Positions 25,360-37,027 of a stretch of 64,000 bases of DNA are shown one piece after another. The position numbers and the translations under genes are program-made. A model generated the notes under the pieces. It was not told where the DNA came from. It made no database searches and saw only the letters and a list, made by a program, of their open reading frames with translations. Source of the DNA: Bispira polyomma (taxonomy: Eukaryota); assembly GCA_965649765.1 (NCBI GenBank), contig OZ287758.1, forward strand, positions 53,630,001-53,694,000, in the 5' to 3' direction. Numbering within the stretch: position 1 is the stretch's first letter; each line of letters begins with the position of its first letter.

Positions 25360-28150
25360 ATCAAAATAAATTTCCAGGGGTAATCACAAGTAGTGTGAAG
25401 GCTGAATATGTGTTGATTGACCCTATTCTAGCCCATGTTGTGTTTGCTCTGCAAAATGGCCCTGTGTAAAGTGTGAAAAATGCAGCATTGGTATATTTTT
25501 CAAATGAGGACATTAGGCTTGCCAAGGATACTCTTTGGATGCACTCTGGAATTGAAGTTATTGGAGATAAACCCCCAAAAAAGATTCTGCTACTAGGAGT
25601 GTTGCTGAGGCAAATATATTGGATATTTTGTCTGCAAGGATAAAATTGGACAAGGTAGATAAAGTACCAGTGGTTGCTATCAGTGCTTTGTGCCTGCAGA
25701 TCCCCAAGTCCCATCCGGAAGAGTTGATTTTAATAACACTATTTGATCATTTTTACAAACTGGAGCAACGAATGAACAATATGAAAACAAACATGGTCAG
25801 TGTGATGGCACAAGCGATCTATTTGGGTGAACAAGTGAAAGACTTATCTAGCTATATCGCTAACCGTTAAATATAAAAGTTGCACACAGAACATTACCCC
25901 ACAGAACATTACCCCAGAGACAAGAGAGATGACATCACATCAGCAAATATCATCAAGGACATAGGAAGAAGCTAGCAAGCTACTTCATACCCACATATCA
26001 AAAGCATCAGAGGATGAGTCTGATGATAGGTTTGAATTGCCACCCCAGGTTAAATGTCGTCAAAGGAAGGAGGAGGTTTGCAGACGAAAGATAGTTTCAG
26101 TATTTACAGAAACTATGTAGAGTGAATGACATCTTTTTGGTACAGGGACATTGGTTGGGTCCATCTGAAACTTCCTGATTTAATAACAATATACCAAGCA
26201 TAAACTAGCCAGCAACAGATAATGCTGCTATGACATTAGGGAGACCATTTGGTGGAACTGCCGTTTTTTGGCAAGAAAATCTTGTGATGACTATTAAAAT
26301 GTTGATGCTAACAGTAAACGTCTCTGTGCAGTAAGTCTAAACAAAGATGACTGGTCCATTTTTCTATGCAATGTATACATGCCTAATGATACAAACAATT
26401 GTACAGATTTATAGAGTGATGTGTTGGATGAAATATCAGCATTGTGTAACTTTGAAAATGATGGTTACATAATTATTGCAGGAGACTTCAATGTCGACTT
26501 TAAAAGGACTCTAGAAATTTAAATCAACTAATATCATTTATCAGAACGAATGACTTAGTTGTTGTTGGTGTCATAGACGATAATTATAAAGATCATATTT
26601 TGAAAGAAAAATCATCTGATCATTGTCCTGTAAAGTTGTGCGTGAATATTAATTCTACACAAATGTATCTCACAAAGGCACCAGAGAATGACCATCATAA
26701 TAGATTAAACTGGAACATAGCATCTAAAGATGATATTATACTGAACAAAGAAACTAAAGATAATAAGCTTAATAGTCTTATTATTCTTTGGTGTGAGGTA
26801 CAGTGTAGAAACCACAAATGCTGTACCTGTAAGGTTACATTACTTGATTTTTTATAATGGTATAACAAATGTGTTGTTACAATAGGGTTTAGAATGTATT
26901 GCACATGTAAAACGCCATGTAATAATGTTGGTAAAACAAATAAAAGAAAGTCTATACCTGGTTGGTCTGAATATGTAGGACCTGTGAGACAACAAGCCCT
27001 TTTTTGGCATAATTTATGGATAGAAAATAATCGGCCCAGGAGTGGAATACTTGCTTAAATACGTAACAGCACCGGTTGTAAGTATCTTTAGCTGCCAAGT
27101 GGGTTAAAAATAATAAAGATAAAATATGTAATTTAAGATTTGTAGAATTTCTAAAGAATTAATGGTCAGATATCTAATAAATATGTGGACTCATTCATTA
27201 ATCATTAAGGATATAATGGGCTTCAAGGGGGAGTTTTATCTCCAATTTTATTTTGTGTATATATGGATCAGATTATAATAAAGCTGAGATAGGCTGGAAT
27301 AGGCAATACATTCAGGGGGTCATTTTTCTATGCCGATGATTGTTCAATTTTGGCTCCTACTGATAGTAGCCTGAAAAGAATGTTGAATGTTGTAGCTGAA
27401 TTTGGTATTAATTATAAAGTCATATCCTTCAAAGAGTGAATTAATAGTATTCAATTAGTCTGTGAACATATAGAAGTACCTTTCAACAATGTTAAAATAC
27501 AGTATGGACAGCAACTCACGTAGGCCACTCCATTGGTACCGTGAGTAGCCAATCTCATGTCACCTATTGTAGACAGGATTTCATAAACAAAGTAAATTTT
27601 GTAATTTCTAATTTCAGTAAATGTTCAGTAAATGTACAGTATTGTCTTTTTAAAAGTTTATGTATGGTGCTGTATGGCTGCCCCTAGTGGGAGTACTCAA
27701 CCACAATAGTTGATAGTTTTTACAGATCGTGGAGAGTTGCTCTGAGAAAATTATTAAATGTAAATAAAAGGGCACATGGGGCATATTTACCCATGTTAGT
27801 GGATGACATTCCAGTTGAAGCTCTGCTTCATAAGAAGTTTCTAAAATTTACTAGTTCATTGTTACAACCAGATAATCATGTTACAAAGTTATGTATGAAG
27901 TTAGCACTTTCAGAAGTAGGCCTGATGTATGTAAGAGTATAAACTATATATGGAGTAAATATAAATCATTTGTAGATAAAACAAACCTGTATCATTGCAT
28001 GAATTTCTGAAAAAAGTAAATCGTAACATATTGAAGTATAGTAATGAAGATGTCTTTATATTGAGAATTGTAAAATTGTATAATGAGAATGACCACAACT
28101 TCATTTTAGATTATTTTTCTGTAAAGTTAAAGTCATAGTTGTAACATAAG
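25360..28150 (+). mobile_element. Degraded non-LTR retrotransposon (RTEX/CR1-group-like): ORF1 and APE-RT remnants
   Basis: APE motifs GRPFGG (~26240), NVYMP.D, IIAGDFNVD (~26472) and SDH.P. PGWSEYV...FWH.LW (~26957). RT motifs QGGVLSP (~27224) and YADD (~27329). The clade call is tentative. Confidence 0.78.
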
Positions 28151-28559
28151 CACATATGTGTGCACATTGTATATATCTATATACTACATTATCTCTCTTT
28201 CTTTTTTTTTCCTTTTTTCCCCATGCATTTATGTTAGTTGTACTAATGGTACAAAATATATACATATATATAAATGATTCAATTATTATTATAATGAATT
28301 GATATTCTAAATTCCCATATAGCCCTGGTTTGTCGTTGGTTATTCCTTAAACAGTCGATGGTTGGTGTAACCCATATGAGTACACATCCGTTGTAAATTT
28401 GCATGCTATTTATTATGCAATTATATAATTAAGTGATACTTGTGAGCACATACCTTCAGTTTTCAGACTGTGTTGAACTTGTTGCAATAACTTAAACATG
28501 TTCATGGGAAGTGGGATGACTTGAACTTGTTGTGGGGGAGTAGGGGAGCGGCATTTTTT

Positions 28560-30185
28560 ATAAGACTAGATTTTAACTACAAAACATCCATCTCCGGAAC
28601 TTTCAACCCTTTGGAAAACACAGATCTGTGAAAATTTCCATTCAAAATTGTCAAGACCTAAGTTTCCATGTTTTCTACAGACATTCTGCCCCCATTGCTT
28701 CAAAAAAGCCAGTTTATAGAGGAGTTCACTGTCTGCATGGAGACTGCTGCTTTATTTAGTCATAAAGATATAATTTGCGGCGATATAAATTTCGATTCTT
28801 TGGTTTACAATTTCTACCGATATCTTATCTCAGTTTGATTACACACAGCTCATCGATGAGCTGACCTACATACATGGCCATACCCTAGATGTCCTGTGTG
28901 TCAGTAAGTTTTTCTTATCCGCCATCAGTCCCAATGTCATGAGCGGCCTATCATATCACCTCACAATAGTTCTAACTGTAGATTTTCCTGTCAGAGTTGC
29001 ATGTAACTACAGTAAACTAAACTGTAACTAATCTGTAAACTAAACAAAATAAAGAGATAAAAGGATTTCAAGGCTTACATGAACTCTGACCTCTCCGAAC
29101 TTAACCATTACACTAAGCTTGTTAAACAAACCCACGACAACCCAAAGGCCTTGTGGAATTCAATAAAACAAAAATACTCCACAAATCCTCTACGGTAATA
29201 TTACCTGACTGCAAATCAATCGCAAATTTGTAAATTTTTCTCAGACGAAAATCACCAAACTCTGGTCCAGCTTGTCATCATCCTCAGAGACCTCAGCAGA
29301 CCCTCCAACTATATGCAACACTTTTATCTCCTTCCGTACTATGTCTGAGGTAGAAGTCCTTAAAGCTTTTTCAATCCTCCCCAAATAAGTCCTGTGATCT
29401 GGATCTAATCCCAACATCTTTGGTAAAGGAATGTATCATAAATGTATATTTTTCGCTCCAGGAAAGCATTTTTTCATCTTGTTTTGAAACCGTTTATGTT
29501 TCTCCACTTCCCCAAACCTAGCCTCGACAGAAACATCCTGCTAAATTTCAGACCTGTATCCAATTTGACCCTATTGAGAAAGCAGTGGCAAAACAATTAA
29601 ATTATTTCATGGCCCATGAATGCACCACAAATACACATCAGTCAGCATAGAGGCTATCATTCAAACAAAACCGCCCTGTTGAAATTCAAAATGATATGTC
29701 TGCTTCTGTTGACAATGACAGAGCAGTAGCACTCAGACTGTTGGACCTGTCTGCTGCCTTTGATACCATCGCCCATACTATCCTCTTTAATTGTGTGACT
29801 GATTGGTGTGACATTGATGGCACCGTCCTTAGATGGATTTGGTCCTATTTACATCGTAGAAAGCAAAACAAAACTAAATTGGTGATAAATTCTCAGCAAC
29901 TACCACATGGTGTCCCTTCTAGTTTAACGTCAATCACCACCTGTATGCTGATGACAGACAAATATACTTAAACTTTGACTCAAACATATCAGAGTTGACA
30001 AAATGCCTCGAGGCAGTGCAAACAAGCTTAAACTTAACCCAGACAAAACCAAATTTATTAATATAGGTGACAATACTCCTCGAGACAGTTTCAAACAACT
30101 CTTCCCGATCAGTCTTCTAAACAACAATATGTCACCATAAAGTAAAGTTAAAAACCTAGGTGTTATATTTGACCAGGACAACTCA
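28560..30185 (+). mobile_element. Degraded L2/CR1-group LINE ORF2
   Basis: HGHTLD, KSCDLD.IPT, NFRPVSNL, LLDLSAAFDTI.H, HHLYADD, KLKLNPDKT and VKNLGVIFD in colinear order, with frameshifts and deletions. Confidence 0.85.
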
Positions 30186-31260
30186 CACACTAGTGCCCCT
30201 TTTATCAATGCTATCTCAAAATAGAAACAATAATGTCAGATTTTTCTATTACAAAAAGACATACAAAAAAATACAATCAATCAGGGTAAGAATTTTTAAT
30301 ACTTAAAACAGCTGAAAGTGAAAGTGGTTTCCTTTTCCATATACGGTTGTCTATGTTGTAGTTTACTAGTAGTGACAATGGTAACTCATCAGAAAATAAT
30401 AATATAACATAATACAGTAAAATTTAAAGGGTTTTTTGATCATCGGTTTATTAATATTTTCAAACACTCTATGGGGAAGTCGAAAAATAAAATGCTATGT
30501 ATCTAGTTGGGCAAATATGGATTCACATGTATAGATATGTCGACTTTTTAACTAATACAAGGACATAACAGATTTAAGCTGGGTGTGTGTTTGAGCTTAG
30601 GGATTACCTTATGAACAGGGTAAAATGTTTTTACCAGTGGTTTGTTCATTTATTGTAAGAAACTTTCATTATACTCGGCAATATTAGGATTATTGTTCCT
30701 CTATTGACAATTTTCACAACGGCAAACAAATCAGGCCTACAATACAATATATTGCTGTCTTTGATTATAATCATTTTAGAAACTAGTTTTAATTTCCAAT
30801 TATAACAGCAGTACACATCCAATAGAATAACGATTATAAGCATTTTACAATGAGCATATAATAAATAAGTGGAATGCAAAAGTCATAATTGTCAGTGTTG
30901 ACAATATTAACTCAATATACTATTGTAACTGCATCTCACAGGTAATGTTGTACCTGTTTAGAATTTAGACTTAGACCAACAACTTAGACCAAAAACAGCT
31001 TTAATGCAACATATGCACATAATAACATTACAAACATTTAAGACTAAAAATAACACAAAGATAATAAGTAAGATTAAAAAGTTATATTGTTTGGTGTTTA
31101 CAATATTACCTTAATATACTATTATATAAAATTGCATTGTTATAATTACCTAAACTAAAGACCATACATCTTTAATGCAACATACCAAGACACAAGTCAA
31201 ACTACACAATATTACTACACTTAACCTGTGCATAAGGCCATCCTTTGAAAAAACTTACTT

Positions 31261-32370
31261 CTAATGGCACCCACTACAGGCGAGCCTTGGAATGTACTTC
31301 TTAAATTGCAAAACATAAATGAATGGATTGATGATGCAATTTACGTAAGCCATGATTACAGAGAACACATAAAATGGTGACCTGATCAAAGCCTTGAACT
31401 CGATGATGCCAACATTTGCCAGAAAGAAAGCCACCTGGTTCCACACCCAGCAAACAAAGAATGCCACACATATAAAAATTAATGTCTTTATCAGCTTGGT
31501 CTGCAAATTCCATTTCTTCCGCAACAACTCTGGTTTCTGCTTCTTCATCTGGATGGACACAGCTTTAGTATCTAAACTGAAAGAGACGGCCACTTTGGAG
31601 GATCCTTGTGAAAAGGTACTGCTCTGTTCCCCTTGAGCATCCCCAACATAAGCTTCATTTGCCACTCCATCGCTAGCCTCTGCTCCCATGTTTTCTTTCT
31701 TGTTTGAGTCATCCATTTCAGATGATTTGCCATAATTCTTCAGCATTTGCTGGCCTTTCCGTATGGCCATCAGTATTCGGACATAGCAAAACACCATGAT
31801 GACAATGGGTATGAAAAACTGCAGCATAAAGGTGGCGATTCCAGCACTTTTTCTCATGGCTTTGGAAGCTAGAGTTCCAGTTTGACACTGGTTATCCTTC
31901 ACATCAGAAGCTGTGTAATAAAAGGCAATCTGATACACAAATCCAAGGATCCAGGGCAGTGCCAAAGCTACAACCATCTTCCACTTGCGATAAAAGGTGG
32001 AATATGTAAATGGATGTACAATTTTGAAGTAGCGTTCGGCAGTTAAAATCACCAGATTGAAGGTTGAAGATGCGATTAGAGCCCACAAAAACTTATCAGT
32101 GTCCCAAAATTTGCATAGAAATCTATCAGTAATGCTATCATCTTGATAAGTGTGTGGTGTATACCCAAAGCCAACCACAATGTTACGGTAGCTAATACCC
32201 AAAAAAATAGAAGTCAGGGCATCAATTACACTCTGGTTCAGAATGAAATAACTTGATTTGGATTTCCTCAGATCCGGATTTCCTATCCAGATCACAATCA
32301 CCATACTGTTTGAGAGTGCACCCAACACAGCTGCTGCAGTGTACAAAGTGGCTTGCAATATAACAACCAT
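31261..32370 (-). CDS. Class A orphan GPCR, tandem paralog of 16670-17782
   Basis: Intact 369 aa ORF, colinear and highly similar to the first copy, with the same motifs (NQSVID, ERY, CW, NPFIY). Confidence 0.93.
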   Translation of the reverse strand: MVVILQATLYTAAAVLGALSNSMVIVIWIGNPDLRKSKSSYFILNQSVIDALTSIFLGISYRNIVVGFGYTPHTYQDDSITDRFLCKFWDTDKFLWALIASSTFNLVILTAERYFKIVHPFTYSTFYRKWKMVVALALPWILGFVYQIAFYYTASDVKDNQCQTGTLASKAMRKSAGIATFMLQFFIPIVIMVFCYVRILMAIRKGQQMLKNYGKSSEMDDSNKKENMGAEASDGVANEAYVGDAQGEQSSTFSQGSSKVAVSFSLDTKAVSIQMKKQKPELLRKKWNLQTKLIKTLIFICVAFFVCWVWNQVAFFLANVGIIEFKALIRSPFYVFSVIMAYVNCIINPFIYVLQFKKYIPRLACSGCH

Positions 32371-33265
32371 GATGTTTTACCAAGATAGACACTTGGTGTT
32401 TCAAGAGAGCAAAATAAAAAAATATAGATTTTTCACTCTAGTTAACTATTCCTGATGATGAAGCACATCCAAAAACTATAAACTACTGACAAATGTATCT
32501 ATATAATTCTACACCTATAAGAGAAGTGAACGTTCCTGCCAAGTTAGAAATGTAGAATAACTCTGGGAGAACTCTTTATATCTCTTACTTGCATCCTGGT
32601 CTAAAATTGCATGCATAAGTTACATTGTTAATAATAAGCCAATTGTACACATAATTATGAACAATTTATGGGCTGGAAAATGGAGTTGGTGAGTGTCTCA
32701 TTAATTATTGCAGAGTAAAAGGAACCTCTTTCACAATCTTCTTCACACCGTGGCCGCAAAATTTCCTTTTCTCTTTTCATTTTGTAATTTTCCAAGTTCT
32801 ACCAAGATCACAGGATACAACATAATAGGCTGAGATTAGAGCAGACACAAATTATTTAATAATTAGAGCATTAGGACTTATACTTTTGGACAGCAGGCAT
32901 CAGAATACATAATTTACTCTGTGTGAGAACTGCCCAGGATTAACTATAGTAATTAGATTATTTTTACAATAAGAGAGGGACTGTTGGGGACTGATACTTT
33001 TGGAGACTATGGGGCCATTCAAAACAGATAGCAGACCTCATTTACTCTGTGTTAGAAGTAGCAAGAATATTATTACAGTGAAGGTGGAGTCAACAGGTCC
33101 ATTTTAAAAATAAGTGCTCAGTTCCTCGGAGTAGTGCCTGAGGAAACTCAGTTAACCGAACAAGTCATAGAAAGACAATACTGCGATTAAATATATTTAT
33201 TTCATATTTACAGCTACTATTACTAAGATATTTATGTACAGTTCTTTGACATGATATGCACTTTG

Positions 33266-33499
33266 TGTGAGCATAAGGTCCCCTTAAGTCAACTGAGTTT
33301 AGGACTTTAGGTTAAACCAGAATGAGTTTAAGTCACCCTAACTAAGAAAGAAGTTGACTTTAGAAATTTAGATTTAAGTTGAAACTTAGATATGACTTTG
33401 AAGATTAACAAATTAAAGTTTGACTTAGGTTTTAAGTGGAACTTTAATTACATGAGTACAATATGTACTTTAATAATACAGGGGGACCTTATGCCCACA
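33266..33499 (-). other. Stem-enclosed multi-hairpin domain in the element-2 3' UTR
   Basis: 18-bp arms (sense tgtgggcataaggtcccc / ggggaccttatgctcaca, one G-U pair). Interior hairpins such as aattaaagtt..actta-aaacc-taagt..aactttaatt. Confidence 0.82.
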
Positions 33500-33588
33500 G
33501 TTAATTCATTTAGTTTACAGGTAATTAATATGCTACTTGCACTGTTAAACTGACTAGATCTTACAGTGATGCCACCAAACCCCAAAAT

Positions 33589-34574
33589 TTAGTAGGTATT
33601 TTGTAGAATAGTTTTAAAGGAATCGGCAACTTGAGTACCAGCATTGGCAGAATCCGAAATGTAACGCCAGACGCAATCGGACGTCCAGGTGCCGTGCCTT
33701 TGGATGTCCTGAATGGTGACATTATTGTTAAAGGCAAAGGTGGCACCTGAACGCCTGAAAGCGTGAAAGGTCAAGCCAGAGTACTGCGGGCCCAGCATTA
33801 GTAAGACATTCTTAAGATGCCTCCGAACCCTAGTATCAGTAAGGGGCAACCAAATGGCATTCTGCTTAAATTGAAACAAGGGCAGATCTTTCCCTTTAGG
33901 GGAAATAGCCAAACAGTTTTTTAAAGCTTGAACCGGACATAAGATGGAATTGGTTAAAGCTGGTATGGTGAGCAAGCGAACGGCATTATTGTTTTGAAGG
34001 GTTTTAGACCATTTAATAATGAGGACAGCGTACCCTGGCTTGAAAAGAACATCAGCCCTTGCAAGCTGCTTAAGAGGAGAGTAAGCAGCAACCGAATGAG
34101 CACAGAGGTTAGACAGCCTCAGAAAGGAAAAGAAACTGGTAAGATAGACTGCTTTAAAAATTCGACCCATGTAAGTACTGTCGCACTTTATAATAAGAGA
34201 CCTCAACAACTGGACGTCGAAAATTGACTTAAGTTTTACTTGCAATGGTCTATGCATCGCCAAAGCTTTATTATAATAGGTAATTCTTTTATCAGAAAAA
34301 ACATCTACGGATATATGGAAGAGGACACACTTAGCCTTAATGGCAGAAAGATGATTAAGAACTTGACTAGCCGACACACCATTAAACGTTAAAAACTCTA
34401 AATAAGCTAAGAGATATAACACAGTCACCTTTTGAGGAGGCCATGACATAAAGGCTCCAAACGCCACGAACAGCCTGAACATTCTGTTGTAGGCTCTGTT
34501 AGTGGCAGGGGTGAAGGCAAGTACAAGTCTGTCAGAAGCTTTCTGCATCAAGGAGATGGCCACAGGTTGTATAT
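33589..34574 (-). CDS. Tyrosine recombinase (lambda-integrase family) of element 2; probable second exon starting at 34574
   Basis: 324 aa open frame with FFSFLRLSNL, HAFRRSGAT and HGTWTSDCVWRY. It is preceded by a tgttttctag splice-acceptor-like site. Confidence 0.92.
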
Positions 34575-34597
34575 CTAGAAAACATGACTAACACGTG

Positions 34598-36997
34598 CTA
34601 TATAAGTGAGTTAACTTTTAATAAACTGCGGCAAGCAGGCAGCCACTGGACAGGCCCAGCTAACCTAAATAACGACAAATGGTCGGCTTCAGTTTCCGTC
34701 CATCTTGACAGCAAATCTGCAATTTTATTTTCTTTACCCAAAATATGTATGACAACAATATCAATATTAAACTTGCTAGCTAACATGTATATGTTCCTAG
34801 AATACGTGGCTAATTCGGGATCTCTGGTGCGCCCTGTCCGTAAGACACTTACAACTGCCTGATTATCACATCTGACCAATATTCTACGACCTTTCCATTT
34901 ATGAACCCACAATTTTAGAGCTACCAAGATGTTAAGCATCTCCAAAGAAGCAATATTGACCTCAGTCATTTCTGGAGGAATGTTAATTTGGTACACTTGT
35001 TTCTCAAAAATACCCCCCATTCCAGTAAGGCAGGCATCTAATTCAATCTCACCAGTTATGGGCTTAGGCATGAAAAAAGAGACTCCATTGAACTGTTCTG
35101 CAAAAGTAGTAAACCAATTTAAGTCACGCCTGAATTCAGGGGTGATGGCGATATACTTTCTGGTGTAATTATCTCGTAACAGCTCCAGCATCCTATTCAA
35201 AAAGACCCGAGCATACTTTACACATTTAGAGATATATAATAACAAGCCAAGTAAAGACTGGAGCTCTCTCTTAGTGTAGAATTTTTTGGATTTCCATTCG
35301 AGACACTTATCTTTAATTTGACTTAATTTCTCACCCGGGATGGAAGTAGTACCTCGAATGGTATCCACTACTATGCCCAGGCAGACGACCTGCGTGCTGG
35401 GAGGAACCAATTTTTTCTGACTTACTGTCAACCCCAACTCTTGTAGCAGTTCTTGCAATCTCAGGAAAGTTTTTTGAATTTTGCTGGGAACAGAAATAGC
35501 CAAGAAATCGTCGATGTAGTTGTGGACATTATGATTTTCAGAGTGCATTATGAATCGCACGGCATCCGAAATTCTCTGAAAAATCGTGCTACCATTACGA
35601 TATCCGAACAGCAGAGATCTGTCCACATAATAGGACTTCCACTTTAGACCTAGGAGGTCAACGTCGCCAGGGTCAATGGGTACGTGGCGGAACGCCCTAC
35701 TTATATCGACCTTGAATATCTCACATCCTCTCCCCAATTTTACCACCTCACTAGTGAGATTATCAATGGACGGATAAGACAGTAGAAATTCAACGCCCAA
35801 GTAAGAGGAAGGAGAAGCTCCCGCATTAACCGACCCCCCTTGAGGCCAACTCAAGTCTACAATTACTCTCCGGTTAATTGAGTTCGGTTTGTGTCTCGTC
35901 ATAAGGGGAGAACAGTGCAGGCCCGGAAGAGGAGGTTTGTCAAATGGCCCTAACATGGCGCCTAACTCACATTCTTCTTTCATATAAGCCTCTACATGCT
36001 GTGGATATTCCTCAGCCGACTTATGGTTACTCTCACTGGATTCCAATTTTACTGAATGATCGACGTCCAGGGGAAATCCATATTTTATGAGGAGAGGCAA
36101 TTGCCAATCCCAGTAATTTTTGAGGTATTTTTTCCAACTCTCGGGTCTTAATTGAGAGGGAACGGGGATTTGCAACCCTTCATAATTATGCCTGCCGTCA
36201 GCCCGAATTAAGTCATGCATTTGCAAAATGGAAAGTTCGGGCCCTCCCTCACCCTGATCTGCCATCTCACAGCCCAGAGCAGAGAGAGGAGTGAATCCAT
36301 ATGCATGTTGGGTTTGAGCTTGCCATTTTCTGTAAGTAGGATTTGAGGCAGCCTTAGCTAACATGCCTTTCTTATTTACTTTCTGTTTCAAGGCACAAGA
36401 GTACTTATCGGGACATTCGAGACTTTCCGGGCTATCTTCGGAAGCAGTTTTACTCCTGCCCTCGCCTCGGTCAACGGGCTTGTCACTAGGGCCAGAAAGG
36501 AATCGAACGGGCTCGTCCACATTTTCACCGTCATCGACCGGCAGCGACACTAAAGCTGTATACCTGTTAGCAAGAGGGAGGACAGCCACACCCCCATTGA
36601 CCCGCCTCTCTTCGCCCCCATTCAACCTCGAGCACTTGACCTCCTTTGTTATCACCTTGCCCTGTTTCGCACCCCGGCCTGGCTTCACAATGGAAGTCCA
36701 TTGGCCCACAGAGGTACCAAGGGGCCTCAACAATATGTCACTTTTGCCACGTAATATCTCTACCTTACTCTTGTCAACCCTAGCCTGTTTTACGGGCACA
36801 TCATTAACACTTCTATTTACACACCCATACTTTTGAACTGGGCCATTCTTTTGCAACGCCTGGCTATAACTCAAGCCTGGCCTGGTGCCCTTCACATATT
36901 TACACGTTTTTCGCCACACAGACCTCTCAAATAATTGTACACTCTTAAATTCAGTATTATAAACAAACCTACATTTGTGCTTTGCACTTTTAGCCAC
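34598..36997 (-). CDS. Pol (reverse transcriptase plus RNase H) of element 2, reached by -1 frameshift from gag
   Basis: 799 aa open frame: RVIVDLSWPQGGSVN, KVDISRAFRHV, LLFG (usually LPFG), YIDD, ELDACLTG, CDNQAVV, ADLLSR. No ATG near the start of the frame. Confidence 0.93.
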   Translation of the reverse strand: MAKSAKHKCRFVYNTEFKSVQLFERSVWRKTCKYVKGTRPGLSYSQALQKNGPVQKYGCVNRSVNDVPVKQARVDKSKVEILRGKSDILLRPLGTSVGQWTSIVKPGRGAKQGKVITKEVKCSRLNGGEERRVNGGVAVLPLANRYTALVSLPVDDGENVDEPVRFLSGPSDKPVDRGEGRSKTASEDSPESLECPDKYSCALKQKVNKKGMLAKAASNPTYRKWQAQTQHAYGFTPLSALGCEMADQGEGGPELSILQMHDLIRADGRHNYEGLQIPVPSQLRPESWKKYLKNYWDWQLPLLIKYGFPLDVDHSVKLESSESNHKSAEEYPQHVEAYMKEECELGAMLGPFDKPPLPGLHCSPLMTRHKPNSINRRVIVDLSWPQGGSVNAGASPSSYLGVEFLLSYPSIDNLTSEVVKLGRGCEIFKVDISRAFRHVPIDPGDVDLLGLKWKSYYVDRSLLFGYRNGSTIFQRISDAVRFIMHSENHNVHNYIDDFLAISVPSKIQKTFLRLQELLQELGLTVSQKKLVPPSTQVVCLGIVVDTIRGTTSIPGEKLSQIKDKCLEWKSKKFYTKRELQSLLGLLLYISKCVKYARVFLNRMLELLRDNYTRKYIAITPEFRRDLNWFTTFAEQFNGVSFFMPKPITGEIELDACLTGMGGIFEKQVYQINIPPEMTEVNIASLEMLNILVALKLWVHKWKGRRILVRCDNQAVVSVLRTGRTRDPELATYSRNIYMLASKFNIDIVVIHILGKENKIADLLSRWTETEADHLSLFRLAGPVQWLPACRSLLKVNSLI

Positions 36998-37027
36998 TGC
37001 ATTAACGCAGTGGCCCCTCAGTTTTTT
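36993..37027 (-). promoter_or_regulatory. -1 programmed ribosomal frameshift signal, element 2
   Basis: GCA_AAA_AAC_TGA with a 6-nt spacer, then stem gccactgc-gttaat-gcagtggc. The -1 frame reads KLRGHCVNAVAKS into pol. Confidence 0.82.

Noticed and set aside
33115-33180. Hammerhead ribozyme at the element end (ctgagg...gaaa)
   Set aside because: No CUGAnGA...GAAA core with three pairing stems could be assembled on either strand by eye.
36363-36836. Antisense ORFs overlapping YR-element and GPCR coding regions (also 11393-11857, 16803-17048 and others)
   Set aside because: Shadow frames of real ORFs with no independent motif support.
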